From NCBI GenBank assembly GCA_035534315.1, contig DATLSD010000059.1, positions 5,369-69,368 of the forward strand: a stretch of DNA of 64,000 nt, given 5' to 3'. The notes below the pieces were generated by a model. The model was not told where the DNA came from and made no database searches. It saw only the letters and a program-made list of their open reading frames with translations. Of the stretch, positions 44,064 to 52,860 are shown in pieces. The DNA is from Elusimicrobiota bacterium. GTDB lineage: Bacteria; Elusimicrobiota; Elusimicrobia; UBA1565; UBA9628. The first letter of the stretch is position 1. Every line of letters starts with the position of its first letter. The position numbers were made by a program, and so were the translations under genes.

Positions 44064-44294
44064 TTAGGAGTCCTCCCAGGCTTTTTTGAGCAACTTGCCC
44101 TGATCCTTGATGAGCACCTCCACCTTGGCCTTGGCTTCCTCGAGCTGGCGGCTCAAGTCCTTGGCCAGGGCGACGCCTTTCTCGAAGGTTTCCAGCGACT
44201 GTTCGAGCCCGTGCTCGCCCGATTCAAGATCAACGACCAGCTCCTCGAGTTTTTTCAACCGCTCCTCGAAAGAATCTTTCTTAATGTTTTTCAT
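44064..44294 (-). CDS. xseB: exodeoxyribonuclease VII small subunit
   Basis: The start was moved to ATG 44294 (MKNIKKDSFEERLKKLEELV, the typical XseB helix). It is 76 aa and overlaps the xseA stop by 1 nt. Confidence 0.9.
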   Translation of the reverse strand: MKNIKKDSFEERLKKLEELVVDLESGEHGLEQSLETFEKGVALAKDLSRQLEEAKAKVEVLIKDQGKLLKKAWEDS

Positions 44295-45559
44295 CACGGT
44301 TTGCCCCCTATATCCTTCGGAGGCAAACCATTCCCTTCGGTCATGGCCACCTCGCATTCGATTCGGCCTTCGGCCAGGCGCAGGCGCAGCCGATCTCCGG
44401 GCCGCACCTGACCGGCGCTGCGGATGATTTCCAGATGAGGAAGCTTTTCGGCGATGGCGTAGCCGCGCCCGAGAACCTTGAGCGGGCTGTAGGCCTCAAG
44501 CTTCGCCGCGCCCATCGCCAGGGCCTGCTTGGCCCTGAGCAGCGCCTGCGCCGCGCCGTCCTCGAGCCGCATCCAGAGATCGTCCAGGAATCGGGTCCTG
44601 TCCTCGTAAATTCGCTCCGGGCTCTGCAACAGGGGGTGCGATGCCGCGCGCGAGAGGCGTTCCGACAAGACTTGTATTTTTTCGCGCAGGGCCGCGGCCA
44701 GTTCCTGCTCCCGCGACTCGATTTGCCCGAGCACGGCGCGCCGGTCCGGAGCCGCCAGTTCGGCCGCGGCCGACGGCGTGGGCGCGCGCTGGTCCGCGAC
44801 GAAGTCGGCGATGGTGAAATCCGTCTCGTGCCCCACGCAGGACACCACGGGAATCTTCGACTCGGCGACGGCGCGGGCCGCGGTTTCCTCGTTGAAGGCC
44901 CACAAATCCTCCATCGAGCCTCCGCCGCGGCCGACCAGGAGGACGTCCGTTTCCGGAAAAAACTCGTTGAAATCGCGCACCGCGCCGGCGATTTCCTCGG
45001 CGGCGCCCTCGCCCTGGACCTTGACCGGATAAATCAGGACGCGGGCCAGGGGCCAGCGCCGCCCCAGCACCGAGATCATGTCGTGGACCGCGGCGCCCTG
45101 CCCGGAGGTCACCACGCCGACGCAGGAAGGGAAGGCCGGCAGGGGCTTCTTGCGCGACTCGTCGAAAAGGCCTTCCGCGGCCAACCGGGCCTTTAGCTGC
45201 TCGAAGGCGAGCTGCAGCGCCCCTTTCTCGCGCGGCTCCATCCAGGAGACGACGAACTGCAAATCGCCCCGCTTGACGTAGGACGACGCCCGGCCGCGGA
45301 CCAGGACCTTGAGCCCGTCCTCGGGCTTGAACTTGAGGCCCAGCGCCGCGCCTTTGAAGAGGACCGCGCGGATTTGCGCCTCCTCGTCCTTGAGCGTCAG
45401 GTAGGTGTGGCCGGAGGGGTAGAGTTTGCAGTTGGAAACTTCGCCCTCCATCCAGATTTCCGGCAGGCTGTTCTCCAGCAGATCATGGATGAGGCCGTTG
45501 ACCTCGGAGACGGTGTAAATCCTGGCGCCGGCCGACGGCGCGGCGCTAGCCTTCGCCAT
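44294..45559 (-). CDS. xseA: exodeoxyribonuclease VII large subunit
   Basis: The start was moved to ATG 45559. The N-terminal OB-fold lead-in (YTVSEVNGLIHDLLE, GEVSN, SGHTYLTLKD) and the catalytic region are present. Confidence 0.9.
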   Translation of the reverse strand: MAKASAAPSAGARIYTVSEVNGLIHDLLENSLPEIWMEGEVSNCKLYPSGHTYLTLKDEEAQIRAVLFKGAALGLKFKPEDGLKVLVRGRASSYVKRGDLQFVVSWMEPREKGALQLAFEQLKARLAAEGLFDESRKKPLPAFPSCVGVVTSGQGAAVHDMISVLGRRWPLARVLIYPVKVQGEGAAEEIAGAVRDFNEFFPETDVLLVGRGGGSMEDLWAFNEETAARAVAESKIPVVSCVGHETDFTIADFVADQRAPTPSAAAELAAPDRRAVLGQIESREQELAAALREKIQVLSERLSRAASHPLLQSPERIYEDRTRFLDDLWMRLEDGAAQALLRAKQALAMGAAKLEAYSPLKVLGRGYAIAEKLPHLEIIRSAGQVRPGDRLRLRLAEGRIECEVAMTEGNGLPPKDIGGKP

Positions 45560-46889
45560 GCCCGTCTTCCTTAATACGCGCGCGCAGCGCTTCCAGGCGC
45601 TTCTTGATTTCCGCCTCGCCGCCGAGGCTTCCGGGCTCGTAGAATTTGGCGGGGTCCGGCATGTAGTTCTGCGCCACATGGTGCCCGGGATAATCGTGAG
45701 GATATTTGTATCCCGCGCCGTGCCCGCGGCTTTCGGCGTCCATGTTCGCGTCCCGCAGGTGCAGCGGCACCTCGCGGCGCGCGCCGTTTTTGACCTCGGA
45801 CAAGGCGGCGTCGACGGCCAGATAGGCCGAGTTGGATTTAGGCGCCGACGCGATGTAGACCACGGCCTCGGCCAAGGGGATGCGGGCCTCCGGCATGCCC
45901 AGAGACTCGACCGCGCGGAAAGCCGCGTCGGCGATCAAAAGGGCACGGAAGTCGGCCAATCCCACGTCCTCGGCCGCGCAGATGAGCGCGCGGCGGGCGA
46001 TGAAGCGCGGGTCCTCGCCCGCCGCGAGCATCTTGGCCATCCAATAGAGCGCCGCGTCGGGGTCGGAGCCGCGCATGGACTTGATGAAGGCGGAGATGTG
46101 ATCGTAGTGATCGTCGGACTTCTTGTCGTAGCGGATTTGCCGCCGCTGAATGGACTCCTCCGCGACCTCAAGACCCACGCGCCGGCGGCCGCTCACGGGC
46201 GCGGTGGACAAGACCGCGAGCTCAAGGGAGTTCAGCAGACGGCGCGCGTCTCCGCCGGAAAATCTCAGCAGGTGCTTGGCCGCCTCGGGCGAAAGCTCGG
46301 CCTTCAAGGCGCCGAGCCCGCGCGTCTCGTCCTTGAGCGCGCGGTCCATCAGGCGCTTGAGATCGTCCTCGGAGAGCGGCTCGAACTCGAAGGCGGTCAC
46401 GCGGGACAAAAGCGCGGCGTTGACGGAAAAGGACGGGTTTTCGGTGGTGAGTCCGATCATCATGACTTCGCCGCGCTCGACCGCGGGCAAAAGCGCGTCT
46501 TGCTGGCTGCGGTTGAAGTGGTGGATCTCATCGACGACCAGAAGCGTCGGCTTGCCCAGGCTCAGATCGTAGCGGGCCGCGTCCAGGGCTTTTTTGATGT
46601 CGGCCACGCCGGCGGCGACGGCGTTAAGGCTCGTGACCTTGGCGTCGATGGATTTGGAGACAATCGCGGCCAAGCCCGTCTTGCCGCAGCCGGGAGGCCC
46701 GAAAAAAACGGCGGATGAGAATTTTCCCGATTCGACGAGGCGGCGCAGCATGCGCCCGGGCCCGAGGATTTTTTCCTGGCCGAAAAACTCGTCCAGGGTT
46801 TGCGGGGCCATGCGCGCGGCCAAGGGCCGGCGATCGGAGGCCGCGGCGCTCTGGAAAAGCTCGTTCTGCGCTGAATCCTGCGGCATCAA
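45546..46889 (-). CDS. rarA: replication-associated recombination protein A (AAA+ ATPase)
   Basis: 447-aa ORF with Walker A GPPGCGKT, Walker B LVVDEIHHFN and the C-terminal MgsA domain (ALYWMAKMLAAGEDP). Confidence 0.9.
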   Translation of the reverse strand: MMPQDSAQNELFQSAAASDRRPLAARMAPQTLDEFFGQEKILGPGRMLRRLVESGKFSSAVFFGPPGCGKTGLAAIVSKSIDAKVTSLNAVAAGVADIKKALDAARYDLSLGKPTLLVVDEIHHFNRSQQDALLPAVERGEVMMIGLTTENPSFSVNAALLSRVTAFEFEPLSEDDLKRLMDRALKDETRGLGALKAELSPEAAKHLLRFSGGDARRLLNSLELAVLSTAPVSGRRRVGLEVAEESIQRRQIRYDKKSDDHYDHISAFIKSMRGSDPDAALYWMAKMLAAGEDPRFIARRALICAAEDVGLADFRALLIADAAFRAVESLGMPEARIPLAEAVVYIASAPKSNSAYLAVDAALSEVKNGARREVPLHLRDANMDAESRGHGAGYKYPHDYPGHHVAQNYMPDPAKFYEPGSLGGEAEIKKRLEALRARIKEDGHGEG

Positions 46890-47191
46890 GAGGCGGCGCC
46901 CGCGGCCGACAGGGCGGACTCCAGGGTCCGGGAGAGCTCCTCGATTTTCTTCTCGAAAAAGAGCCGCTCCGTCTCGCGGCCTTCTTTTTCGCGGGCCAGT
47001 TCCGCGGCGTAGGCCAGCGCGGCCAGCACCGCGAGCTTGGAGCTGTCCGCGATTTTTTCGTTCTGCTCGGAAATCTCTCGGATTTTCTCGTCCACTTTCT
47101 GGGCCAGGGAGCTGATCTCGATGGGGGTCAGGCCCTCGATTTCGACCGTCAGGCGGCGGCGGAAAATTTCGACGTCGACCTTGTCGTTCAC
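46886..47191 (-). CDS. zapA: cell division protein ZapA
   Basis: 101-aa ORF with a ZapA-like sequence (VEIFRRRLTVEIEG...AVLAALAYAAEL). Confidence 0.8.
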   Translation of the reverse strand: MNDKVDVEIFRRRLTVEIEGLTPIEISSLAQKVDEKIREISEQNEKIADSSKLAVLAALAYAAELAREKEGRETERLFFEKKIEELSRTLESALSAAGAAS

Positions 47192-47204
47192 GGCTTGCCT
47201 CTAG

Positions 47205-47435
47205 TCATCCTATTTTCTCCAGCTTGCGGGAAATCTTGAGCAGCCGCGCGCGCAGCCGGGCCTGCGCGGAGGCTCCTGCCGTCAGGCGCTTGACCTGCTC
47301 CTTCAAGCTCTTGTTCTCGGCTTCGAGCTTGGCCGCGTCCTTGGCCAGGCGCGCGTTGTCCTCGGCGAGTTGGCGCAGCCTTTTGGCCGACGATTCGGCC
47401 AGGGATTCCAGCTTCTTGAGCCCGTGGAGCGTCAT
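47205..47435 (-). CDS. small coiled-coil protein (ZapB-like)
   Basis: 76-aa ORF that is entirely heptad-like. It sits between pheT and zapA, and its start overlaps the pheT stop. Confidence 0.5.
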   Translation of the reverse strand: MTLHGLKKLESLAESSAKRLRQLAEDNARLAKDAAKLEAENKSLKEQVKRLTAGASAQARLRARLLKISRKLEKIG

Positions 47436-49876
47436 TTACCGCGCAGGCGCGCGCCCAGGTTTTTCTCGAGAGCGCTCACGATGCCTTGGACGGCCGCGGC
47501 GACTTCGCCGTCCGTCAGGGTGCGGTCGGCGCGTCCGAAAAAAAGACGCAGCGTCATGCTGGTTTTTCCGGCCCCGATGGAGCTCCCGGCAAAAACGTCG
47601 GTTAGGGCGACGCCTTGGAAGCTTTCCCCGGCCGCCGAGCGGACCGTTTTCTCGACCTGCTCGTAGCGGGAATTTTCCGGCAGGACCATGGAAATGTCCC
47701 GCCAGGAGCCGGGGAATTGGCTGTAGGGCTCGAATCTGAACGTCCGTCCGCCATCCACCAGGCCCGTGAGCGTCTCCAAGTCGATTTCGAAGAGACAAAT
47801 TGCCCGCGGCCCGAAGTCCCAAGCCGCGGCGGCTTGGGGATGCAAAGTGCCGACCAGTCCGAGCAGGGATTGGCTTTCGGTTTTGGCGGCGATGTCCGCG
47901 CTAATTCCAGGGTGGAAAAGCCGGCGAAGATCGTTCCAGCCAGGATTTAGGGAGCTTCCGGCGCCGTTCTCAGCGCGGAAGGTGGCGGCTGTTCCCGCCA
48001 GCAAATTTTCCATGACGCCCTTGGCGCGGTAGAAGTCGTATTCAGCGTTGGCCTCGCCGCGCCAGAAAGTCTCGCAGATCGGGCCGCTCAGCACGCCGGC
48101 CGCGCGCCAATTTTCCGCGATGACGCCATTTTTCTCGATCCGATAGGCTTTGCCGATTTCAAAGAGCCTGACCGTGCGCGCGCCCCGGCTCAAATTCAAG
48201 GCGGCGTTTTGCAGCAGGCCAGGGAGAAGGCTCGGCCGCAGCACCGCGCCCTCTTCGGAGAGGGGATTGGCCGGACGAGCCCAGGCGCTGGACTCCGCTT
48301 GCCGCGCGGCGGCGAGAGTTTTTTCCGAAACGAAATCCTGGTTGTACGCCTCCGAAAGCCCGGCCGCGGCCAAGCGCGCGCGGCTGCGAATGACGGTTGC
48401 GGCGATGGGCGGGAGTTTGGAAGCCGCAGGGGCCGAGTGCGGAGCGCGGGCGGGAATGCGCCCGTAGCCAAGAAGCCTGGCGGTCTCTTCCGCTAAGTCC
48501 CATTCCGTGGCCAAGTCCCGCCGGTAGCTCGGGGGATAAAAAACGATGCCGCTTGCGGAGGATGTTTTTCGCGCCGAAATGCGGTCCAGGGCCTGGGAAA
48601 TTTCCGCCGGGGCGAAATTGGAGCCTAGGATTTTGTTGATGCGCTCGGCCGAGACTGAAATGGGCTCGGGGGCGGAAGGAATATTGCCCACGCTCATCGC
48701 GGATTCCGTCCGGGTGGATTTCCCGCACAGCTCGCGGAGCAGAGTCTCCGCCAGGGCCGCGGCCGCGGGCGGGGCCGCCGGGTCGGTCCCGCGCTCGAAG
48801 CGGTAGGAGGAGTCCGAGCGCAGGCGCAGGATTTGCGAGCCGCGCCGCACCACGACGGGGGAAAAGCACGCGCTCTCCAGAAGCGCCCGCTTGGTCTTGT
48901 CCGTGATGGAGCTCTCCGTGCCGCCCATGACTCCGGCGATGGCCGCGGGCCTTTGGGCGTCGGCGACGACCAGGCATTCCGGCGCGAGCTCGTAGGTTTT
49001 TCCGTCCAAGGCCGCGATGCTCTCGCCCTTTTTGGCGAAGCGCACCGTGATTTCGCCGCCCGCGATTTTGTCGTAGTCGAAAGCATGCAGGGGCTGACCG
49101 ACGTCCATCAAGACGTAGTTGGTGATGTCCACGAGCGCGTTGATGGGGCGCAGCCCCACGGCCTCCAGCCTGGCGCAGAGCCACCCGGGGCTGGGCCTGA
49201 TGTCCAGGCCGGAAAAAACTTTGCCGATGTAAAGCGGGCAGGCACCCGCGTCCGCCACGCTGATTTTAAGCGGAGCCGCGGCCTCGAGAGAGGGCTCCGG
49301 CCGGCGGGCCTGCAAGGGCAGGGACAGCGCCGCCGAGAGTTCCCGCGCCAGCCCCAGGTGGGACAGGCAGTCCGGCCGATTGGGCGTGACTTCGACTTCC
49401 AGGACCAGGTCCGGCTTGGCCAGCAAGGAGCTTAGGTCCGCGCCGCTTGGGGTGTCGGACTTTAAAATAAGGATGCCGCCATGATCCGAGCCCAGGCCCA
49501 GTTCCGCCGCGGAGCAGAGCATGCCGTGGGATTCCACGCCGCGGATGACGGTCTTGGCCAAGGTCCGCCCGCCGGGGAGCGTGGCGCCGGGCCTGGCCAG
49601 GGGAACTATTTGCCCGGCCGCGATGTTCTTGGCGCCGCAGACCACGGGAAAGACTTCCCCGCCGGACTCAACCGAGCAAACCGAGAGCCGGTCCGCGTTG
49701 GGATGCTTGCCGACCGACAAAATTTTGGCGGCCGCGACGCCCGAGAAGGCCGCGCCCCGCTGCTCGATGGAGGACACCTCGAGGCCTAGGTTCAGCAGCG
49801 CCTTGGCCAAATCCTCGGCGCCGAGGTTTAAGGACGGCAGGTGCTCTTTGAGCCAGTCAAGCGAAATTTTCATCAA
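47432..49876 (-). CDS. pheT: phenylalanine--tRNA ligase beta subunit
   Basis: 814-aa ORF with an N-terminal tRNA-binding domain (MKISLDWLKEHL, HPNADRL), B3/4 and B5 regions and a C-terminal FDX-ACB domain. Confidence 0.95.
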   Translation of the reverse strand: MMKISLDWLKEHLPSLNLGAEDLAKALLNLGLEVSSIEQRGAAFSGVAAAKILSVGKHPNADRLSVCSVESGGEVFPVVCGAKNIAAGQIVPLARPGATLPGGRTLAKTVIRGVESHGMLCSAAELGLGSDHGGILILKSDTPSGADLSSLLAKPDLVLEVEVTPNRPDCLSHLGLARELSAALSLPLQARRPEPSLEAAAPLKISVADAGACPLYIGKVFSGLDIRPSPGWLCARLEAVGLRPINALVDITNYVLMDVGQPLHAFDYDKIAGGEITVRFAKKGESIAALDGKTYELAPECLVVADAQRPAAIAGVMGGTESSITDKTKRALLESACFSPVVVRRGSQILRLRSDSSYRFERGTDPAAPPAAAALAETLLRELCGKSTRTESAMSVGNIPSAPEPISVSAERINKILGSNFAPAEISQALDRISARKTSSASGIVFYPPSYRRDLATEWDLAEETARLLGYGRIPARAPHSAPAASKLPPIAATVIRSRARLAAAGLSEAYNQDFVSEKTLAAARQAESSAWARPANPLSEEGAVLRPSLLPGLLQNAALNLSRGARTVRLFEIGKAYRIEKNGVIAENWRAAGVLSGPICETFWRGEANAEYDFYRAKGVMENLLAGTAATFRAENGAGSSLNPGWNDLRRLFHPGISADIAAKTESQSLLGLVGTLHPQAAAAWDFGPRAICLFEIDLETLTGLVDGGRTFRFEPYSQFPGSWRDISMVLPENSRYEQVEKTVRSAAGESFQGVALTDVFAGSSIGAGKTSMTLRLFFGRADRTLTDGEVAAAVQGIVSALEKNLGARLRGK

Positions 49877-50921
49877 ATTGAACGAGAAAGCGCTGATCGT
49901 TTTCGTAGAAGAGCCTCATGTCATTGACGCCCAGGCGCAGCATGGCCACGCGTTCGACGCCCACGCCGAAGGCGAATCCCGACCATTGCGCGGGATCCAG
50001 GTCCACGGCCTTGAGCACGTTGGGGTTCACGACGCCGGCGCCCAAAATTTCCATCCAGCCCGAGCGCTTGCAGGCCGGGCAGCCGGCGCCCGAGCAGAAT
50101 AGGCACCGGACGTCGACCTCGGTCGAGGGCTCGGTGAAAGGGAAATAGGAGGGGCGGTAGCGGGTTTGGGTCTTCGGGCCGAAGAGCTCCTTCAAGAAGA
50201 AATCTAGCGTGCCCTTCAAGTCAGCGAACGAAACCTCCTTGTCCACGGCCAGTCCCTCGATTTGATGGAACACGGAGGAGTGCGAGGCGTCCACTTCTTC
50301 GTGGCGGAAGACGCGGCCCGGGCAGATGATGCGCAGGGGCGGCTTTTGCTTTTCCATGACGCGGATCTGCACCGGCGAGGTGTGGGTGCGCAGGACGCCG
50401 GGAGCGTCCTTGAGGTAGAACGTGTCGAGCATGTCCCGGGCCGGATGATGCTTGGGGATGTTGAGCGCCTCGAAGTTGTGATGTTCCGTTTCCACGTGCG
50501 GGCCTTGCGCCAGCGAAAACCCCATCAGGGTGAGGATGCGCGTCATCTCATCCATGACTAAAGTCAGGGGGTGCAGTTGTCCGCGCGGCTCGCGGTAGGA
50601 CGGCAGGCTGACGTCGATTTTTTGGCCCGACAATTTGGATTGAAGAAGAGTTTCTTCGAGCTCCGCTTGGCGGCGCGCGATGGCGGCCTCGAAATGTTCC
50701 TTGGTTTGCTGGGCCTTGGGGCCTAGCTCGCGTTTTTCCGCGATGGGGAAGTCTTTAAGGAGCTTGAGGAGCTCGGTCAGTTCGCCCTTGCGGCCCAAGA
50801 ACCGCACGCGGATGTCGTCTAGGGCCTTTGCCTCGGCCGCGGCCAGCGGCGCGGCCGCCGTGAAAGCCGCGCGCACGGCTTCCAGCTGGGATTCCCACTT
50901 GTCGCGATCGGTTTCGGGCAT
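49857..50921 (-). CDS. pheS: phenylalanine--tRNA ligase alpha subunit
   Basis: 354-aa ORF with class II aaRS motifs (HPARDMLDTFY, FRHEEVDASH, GAGVVNPNVL...GFAFGVGVERVAML). Confidence 0.95.
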   Translation of the reverse strand: MPETDRDKWESQLEAVRAAFTAAAPLAAAEAKALDDIRVRFLGRKGELTELLKLLKDFPIAEKRELGPKAQQTKEHFEAAIARRQAELEETLLQSKLSGQKIDVSLPSYREPRGQLHPLTLVMDEMTRILTLMGFSLAQGPHVETEHHNFEALNIPKHHPARDMLDTFYLKDAPGVLRTHTSPVQIRVMEKQKPPLRIICPGRVFRHEEVDASHSSVFHQIEGLAVDKEVSFADLKGTLDFFLKELFGPKTQTRYRPSYFPFTEPSTEVDVRCLFCSGAGCPACKRSGWMEILGAGVVNPNVLKAVDLDPAQWSGFAFGVGVERVAMLRLGVNDMRLFYENDQRFLVQFDENFA

Positions 50922-51026
50922 GGAAAAAACTACTCTAAAACCCTCTCCACACGTCGCTCCGGCAATCCGTAAGCCGGAGCCCAGTCACATGGATTGCGGC
51001 TTGCGCCGGAATGACGGGCGCGGGCT

Positions 51027-51377
51027 CTACGCGCCGCCGGACGCCAAAGACACCAGCTTCTTGAACGAGGCGCCGTCCCGAATCGCCATTTCGGAAAGCA
51101 TCTTGCGGTTCAAGGTCACGCCGGCTTTCTTTAGGCCCGAGATGAACCGGCCGTAGGAGACGCCGTGCTCCCGGCAGGCGGCGTTGATGCGGGTGATCCA
51201 CAGGGAGCGGAAATCGCCCTTGCGGTCCTTGCGTCCGACGTAGGAAACCGCCAGCGAACGCTCGACGGCCTGCTTGACTTGGCGCCATTTGCGGCTCTTA
51301 TCGGAATAAAAGCCCTTGGCGAGCTTGAACTTCTTCTTCTTGTGGCGGCGGGTGGTAACTCCGGATTTTATTCTCAT
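51027..51377 (-). CDS. rplT: 50S ribosomal protein L20
   Basis: 116-aa ORF (MRIKSGVTTRRHKKKKFKLAKGFY...). Confidence 0.95.
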   Translation of the reverse strand: MRIKSGVTTRRHKKKKFKLAKGFYSDKSRKWRQVKQAVERSLAVSYVGRKDRKGDFRSLWITRINAACREHGVSYGRFISGLKKAGVTLNRKMLSEMAIRDGASFKKLVSLASGGA

Positions 51378-51380
51378 GGC

Positions 51381-51578
51381 TTATGCGTAGGGCAGGAACC
51401 GAGACATCGTCCGTCCCTCGGTCCTGGTCAACTCGTTTTTTTGATTGAGAGAACGCCTCCGATCATTCTTCATGGGGGCGATAAGGTGGCGCCGGCCTGG
51501 CCTATAGTGCCGCCATTTGCCGGAGGCCGATTTGGAAAAGCGCTTTTTGGCGCCGCTGTGCGATTTTATTTTCGGCAT
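51381..51578 (-). CDS. rpmI: 50S ribosomal protein L35
   Basis: 65-aa ORF (MPKIKSHSGAKKRF...). Confidence 0.95.
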   Translation of the reverse strand: MPKIKSHSGAKKRFSKSASGKWRHYRPGRRHLIAPMKNDRRRSLNQKNELTRTEGRTMSRFLPYA

Positions 51579-51595
51579 GTGATTCTCCCAGAATC

Positions 51596-52138
51596 CTATC
51601 GTTTGGGCATTAAAGTCATGGACAGGCGGTTGCGATCGGTCAGCGGCGCCTGCTCCACCGCCGCGAGCTCGGCCAGCCGCTCCTGGATGGACTTGAGCAG
51701 CTTCATGCCCAAGTCCTGGTGGGCCATCTCGCGTCCGCGAAAAACAACGGTGATGCGGACCTTGTCTCGAGCCGTCAAAAAGCCCGTCATCTGCCTGATT
51801 TTGACGTCAAGGTCGTGCTGCCCGATGTGCGGCTTGATGCGCACTTCCTTGAGGAACCCGGATTTCTGGTTCCGGTGGGATTCGCGCTCCTTTTTCTCCT
51901 GCTCATAGCGGTACTTGGAATAGTCTAGAACTTTGCAGACGGGAGGGTTGGCCTGCGGCGCGATTTCGATCAGGTCCATCCCGCGGGTTCTGGCCAGCGC
52001 CAGGGCTTCGCTGATGGGCCGAATTCCGATTTGAGTGCCGTCCGAATCGATGAGCCGTACCGTCGCCGCTGAAATTCTGTTGTTGATGCGGACGGTTTCG
52101 GTGGGCCTGCCTCCGAATCTGTTGTTGTGGTTGTTGAT
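51596..52138 (-). CDS. infC: translation initiation factor IF-3 (non-canonical ATC or ATT start)
   Basis: The conserved IF-3 body (RINNRISAATVRLIDSDG...PPVCKVLDYSKYRYE...) is present. No in-frame ATG, GTG or TTG lies between the RBS region and the N-domain. ATC at 52138 follows GGAAGAGGAAAG; an alternative ATT lies at 52162. The long N-terminal extension in the track ORF is not protein-like. Confidence 0.85.
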   Translation of the reverse strand: MNNHNNRFGGRPTETVRINNRISAATVRLIDSDGTQIGIRPISEALALARTRGMDLIEIAPQANPPVCKVLDYSKYRYEQEKKERESHRNQKSGFLKEVRIKPHIGQHDLDVKIRQMTGFLTARDKVRITVVFRGREMAHQDLGMKLLKSIQERLAELAAVEQAPLTDRNRLSMTLMPKR

Positions 52139-52264
52139 GGCTTTCCTCTTCCGTTTTAAAATGCGGCCCGCCGACGATGCCTCCGGATGGCCGAGGCTGA
52201 TGATATCAACTTCGCCTCTTCGCGTCAAGCGCGGGACGCCGCCTTTCCGAGTCGGGGCCGCGGT

Positions 52265-52294
52265 TTGACAGGAGGTCCTGCAGTTTTCTATCCT
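52265..52294 (+). promoter_or_regulatory. sigma70-type promoter for the 52326 gene
   Basis: TTGACA (52265-52270), 18-nt spacer, TATCCT (52289-52294). Confidence 0.4.
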
Positions 52295-52325
52295 TGCAAA
52301 GCAGTTTCGTCGGATGGGGGTATTG

Positions 52326-52856
52326 ATGAAAAAAGCGCTCGTCGTATCCATCGTCATCGCGTCCGCGGCGGCCGTAGCGCAAGCCGGTCCCGTCCCGACG
52401 CTTTCCCAAGCTTTCTCGCAGTTGAGCCAAGCTCTTAAGCCCGCGGCGTCCCGCTTAGCCGCGGCGGCCGGCGCCGGTTTCCATTCGGTCGCCGTCCCGC
52501 AAAACGTGACATTCAATCTGGAGTGGCATAACGGCCGCTGGCATCTGATGCCCGATCCAAATCCGCCGTTTTCCGGCCTGCGCATCGCCGTGTATGCGGG
52601 CCAGCATGTCCGCTTGAATTTGACCAATCCGGTTCTGGCGGACCAAGACGACGGCGCCAGCTTCGACGTGGACGGCCTTGATGCCCTGGTCGACGGAAAG
52701 CCGACCCACGGCATTCATGTCTGGCTTCCCGTCGCCGTCGGACAAATCACAGTGGATTTCGTCGCGCCGTCCAAGGAGAGCCTCTTCCCGATTTACGCCA
52801 CCTATTCGGGAGCTTCCGACGGCCCCGTCGGCCAGATTGTGGTCTTGAAACCCTAG
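52326..52856 (+). CDS. secreted protein of unknown function
   Basis: ATG 52326 (MKKALVVSIVIASAAAVAQA signal peptide) is preferred over the track start at 52314, with a GGGGG RBS 5 nt upstream. The mature part is beta-rich. Confidence 0.65.
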   Translation: MKKALVVSIVIASAAAVAQAGPVPTLSQAFSQLSQALKPAASRLAAAAGAGFHSVAVPQNVTFNLEWHNGRWHLMPDPNPPFSGLRIAVYAGQHVRLNLTNPVLADQDDGASFDVDGLDALVDGKPTHGIHVWLPVAVGQITVDFVAPSKESLFPIYATYSGASDGPVGQIVVLKP

Positions 52857-52860
52857 CGGA

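Noticed and set aside
50957-50979. 7-bp hairpin between rplT and pheS considered as a pheST attenuator or T-box
   Set aside because: The stem is short, no following U-run lies on the coding strand, and I found no leader peptide or T-box specifier/antiterminator features.
52139-52714. N-terminal 192-codon extension of the infC ORF
   Set aside because: The translation is not protein-like. It overlaps the divergent promoter and the signal-peptide gene at 52326, and IF-3 homology begins only near 52138.
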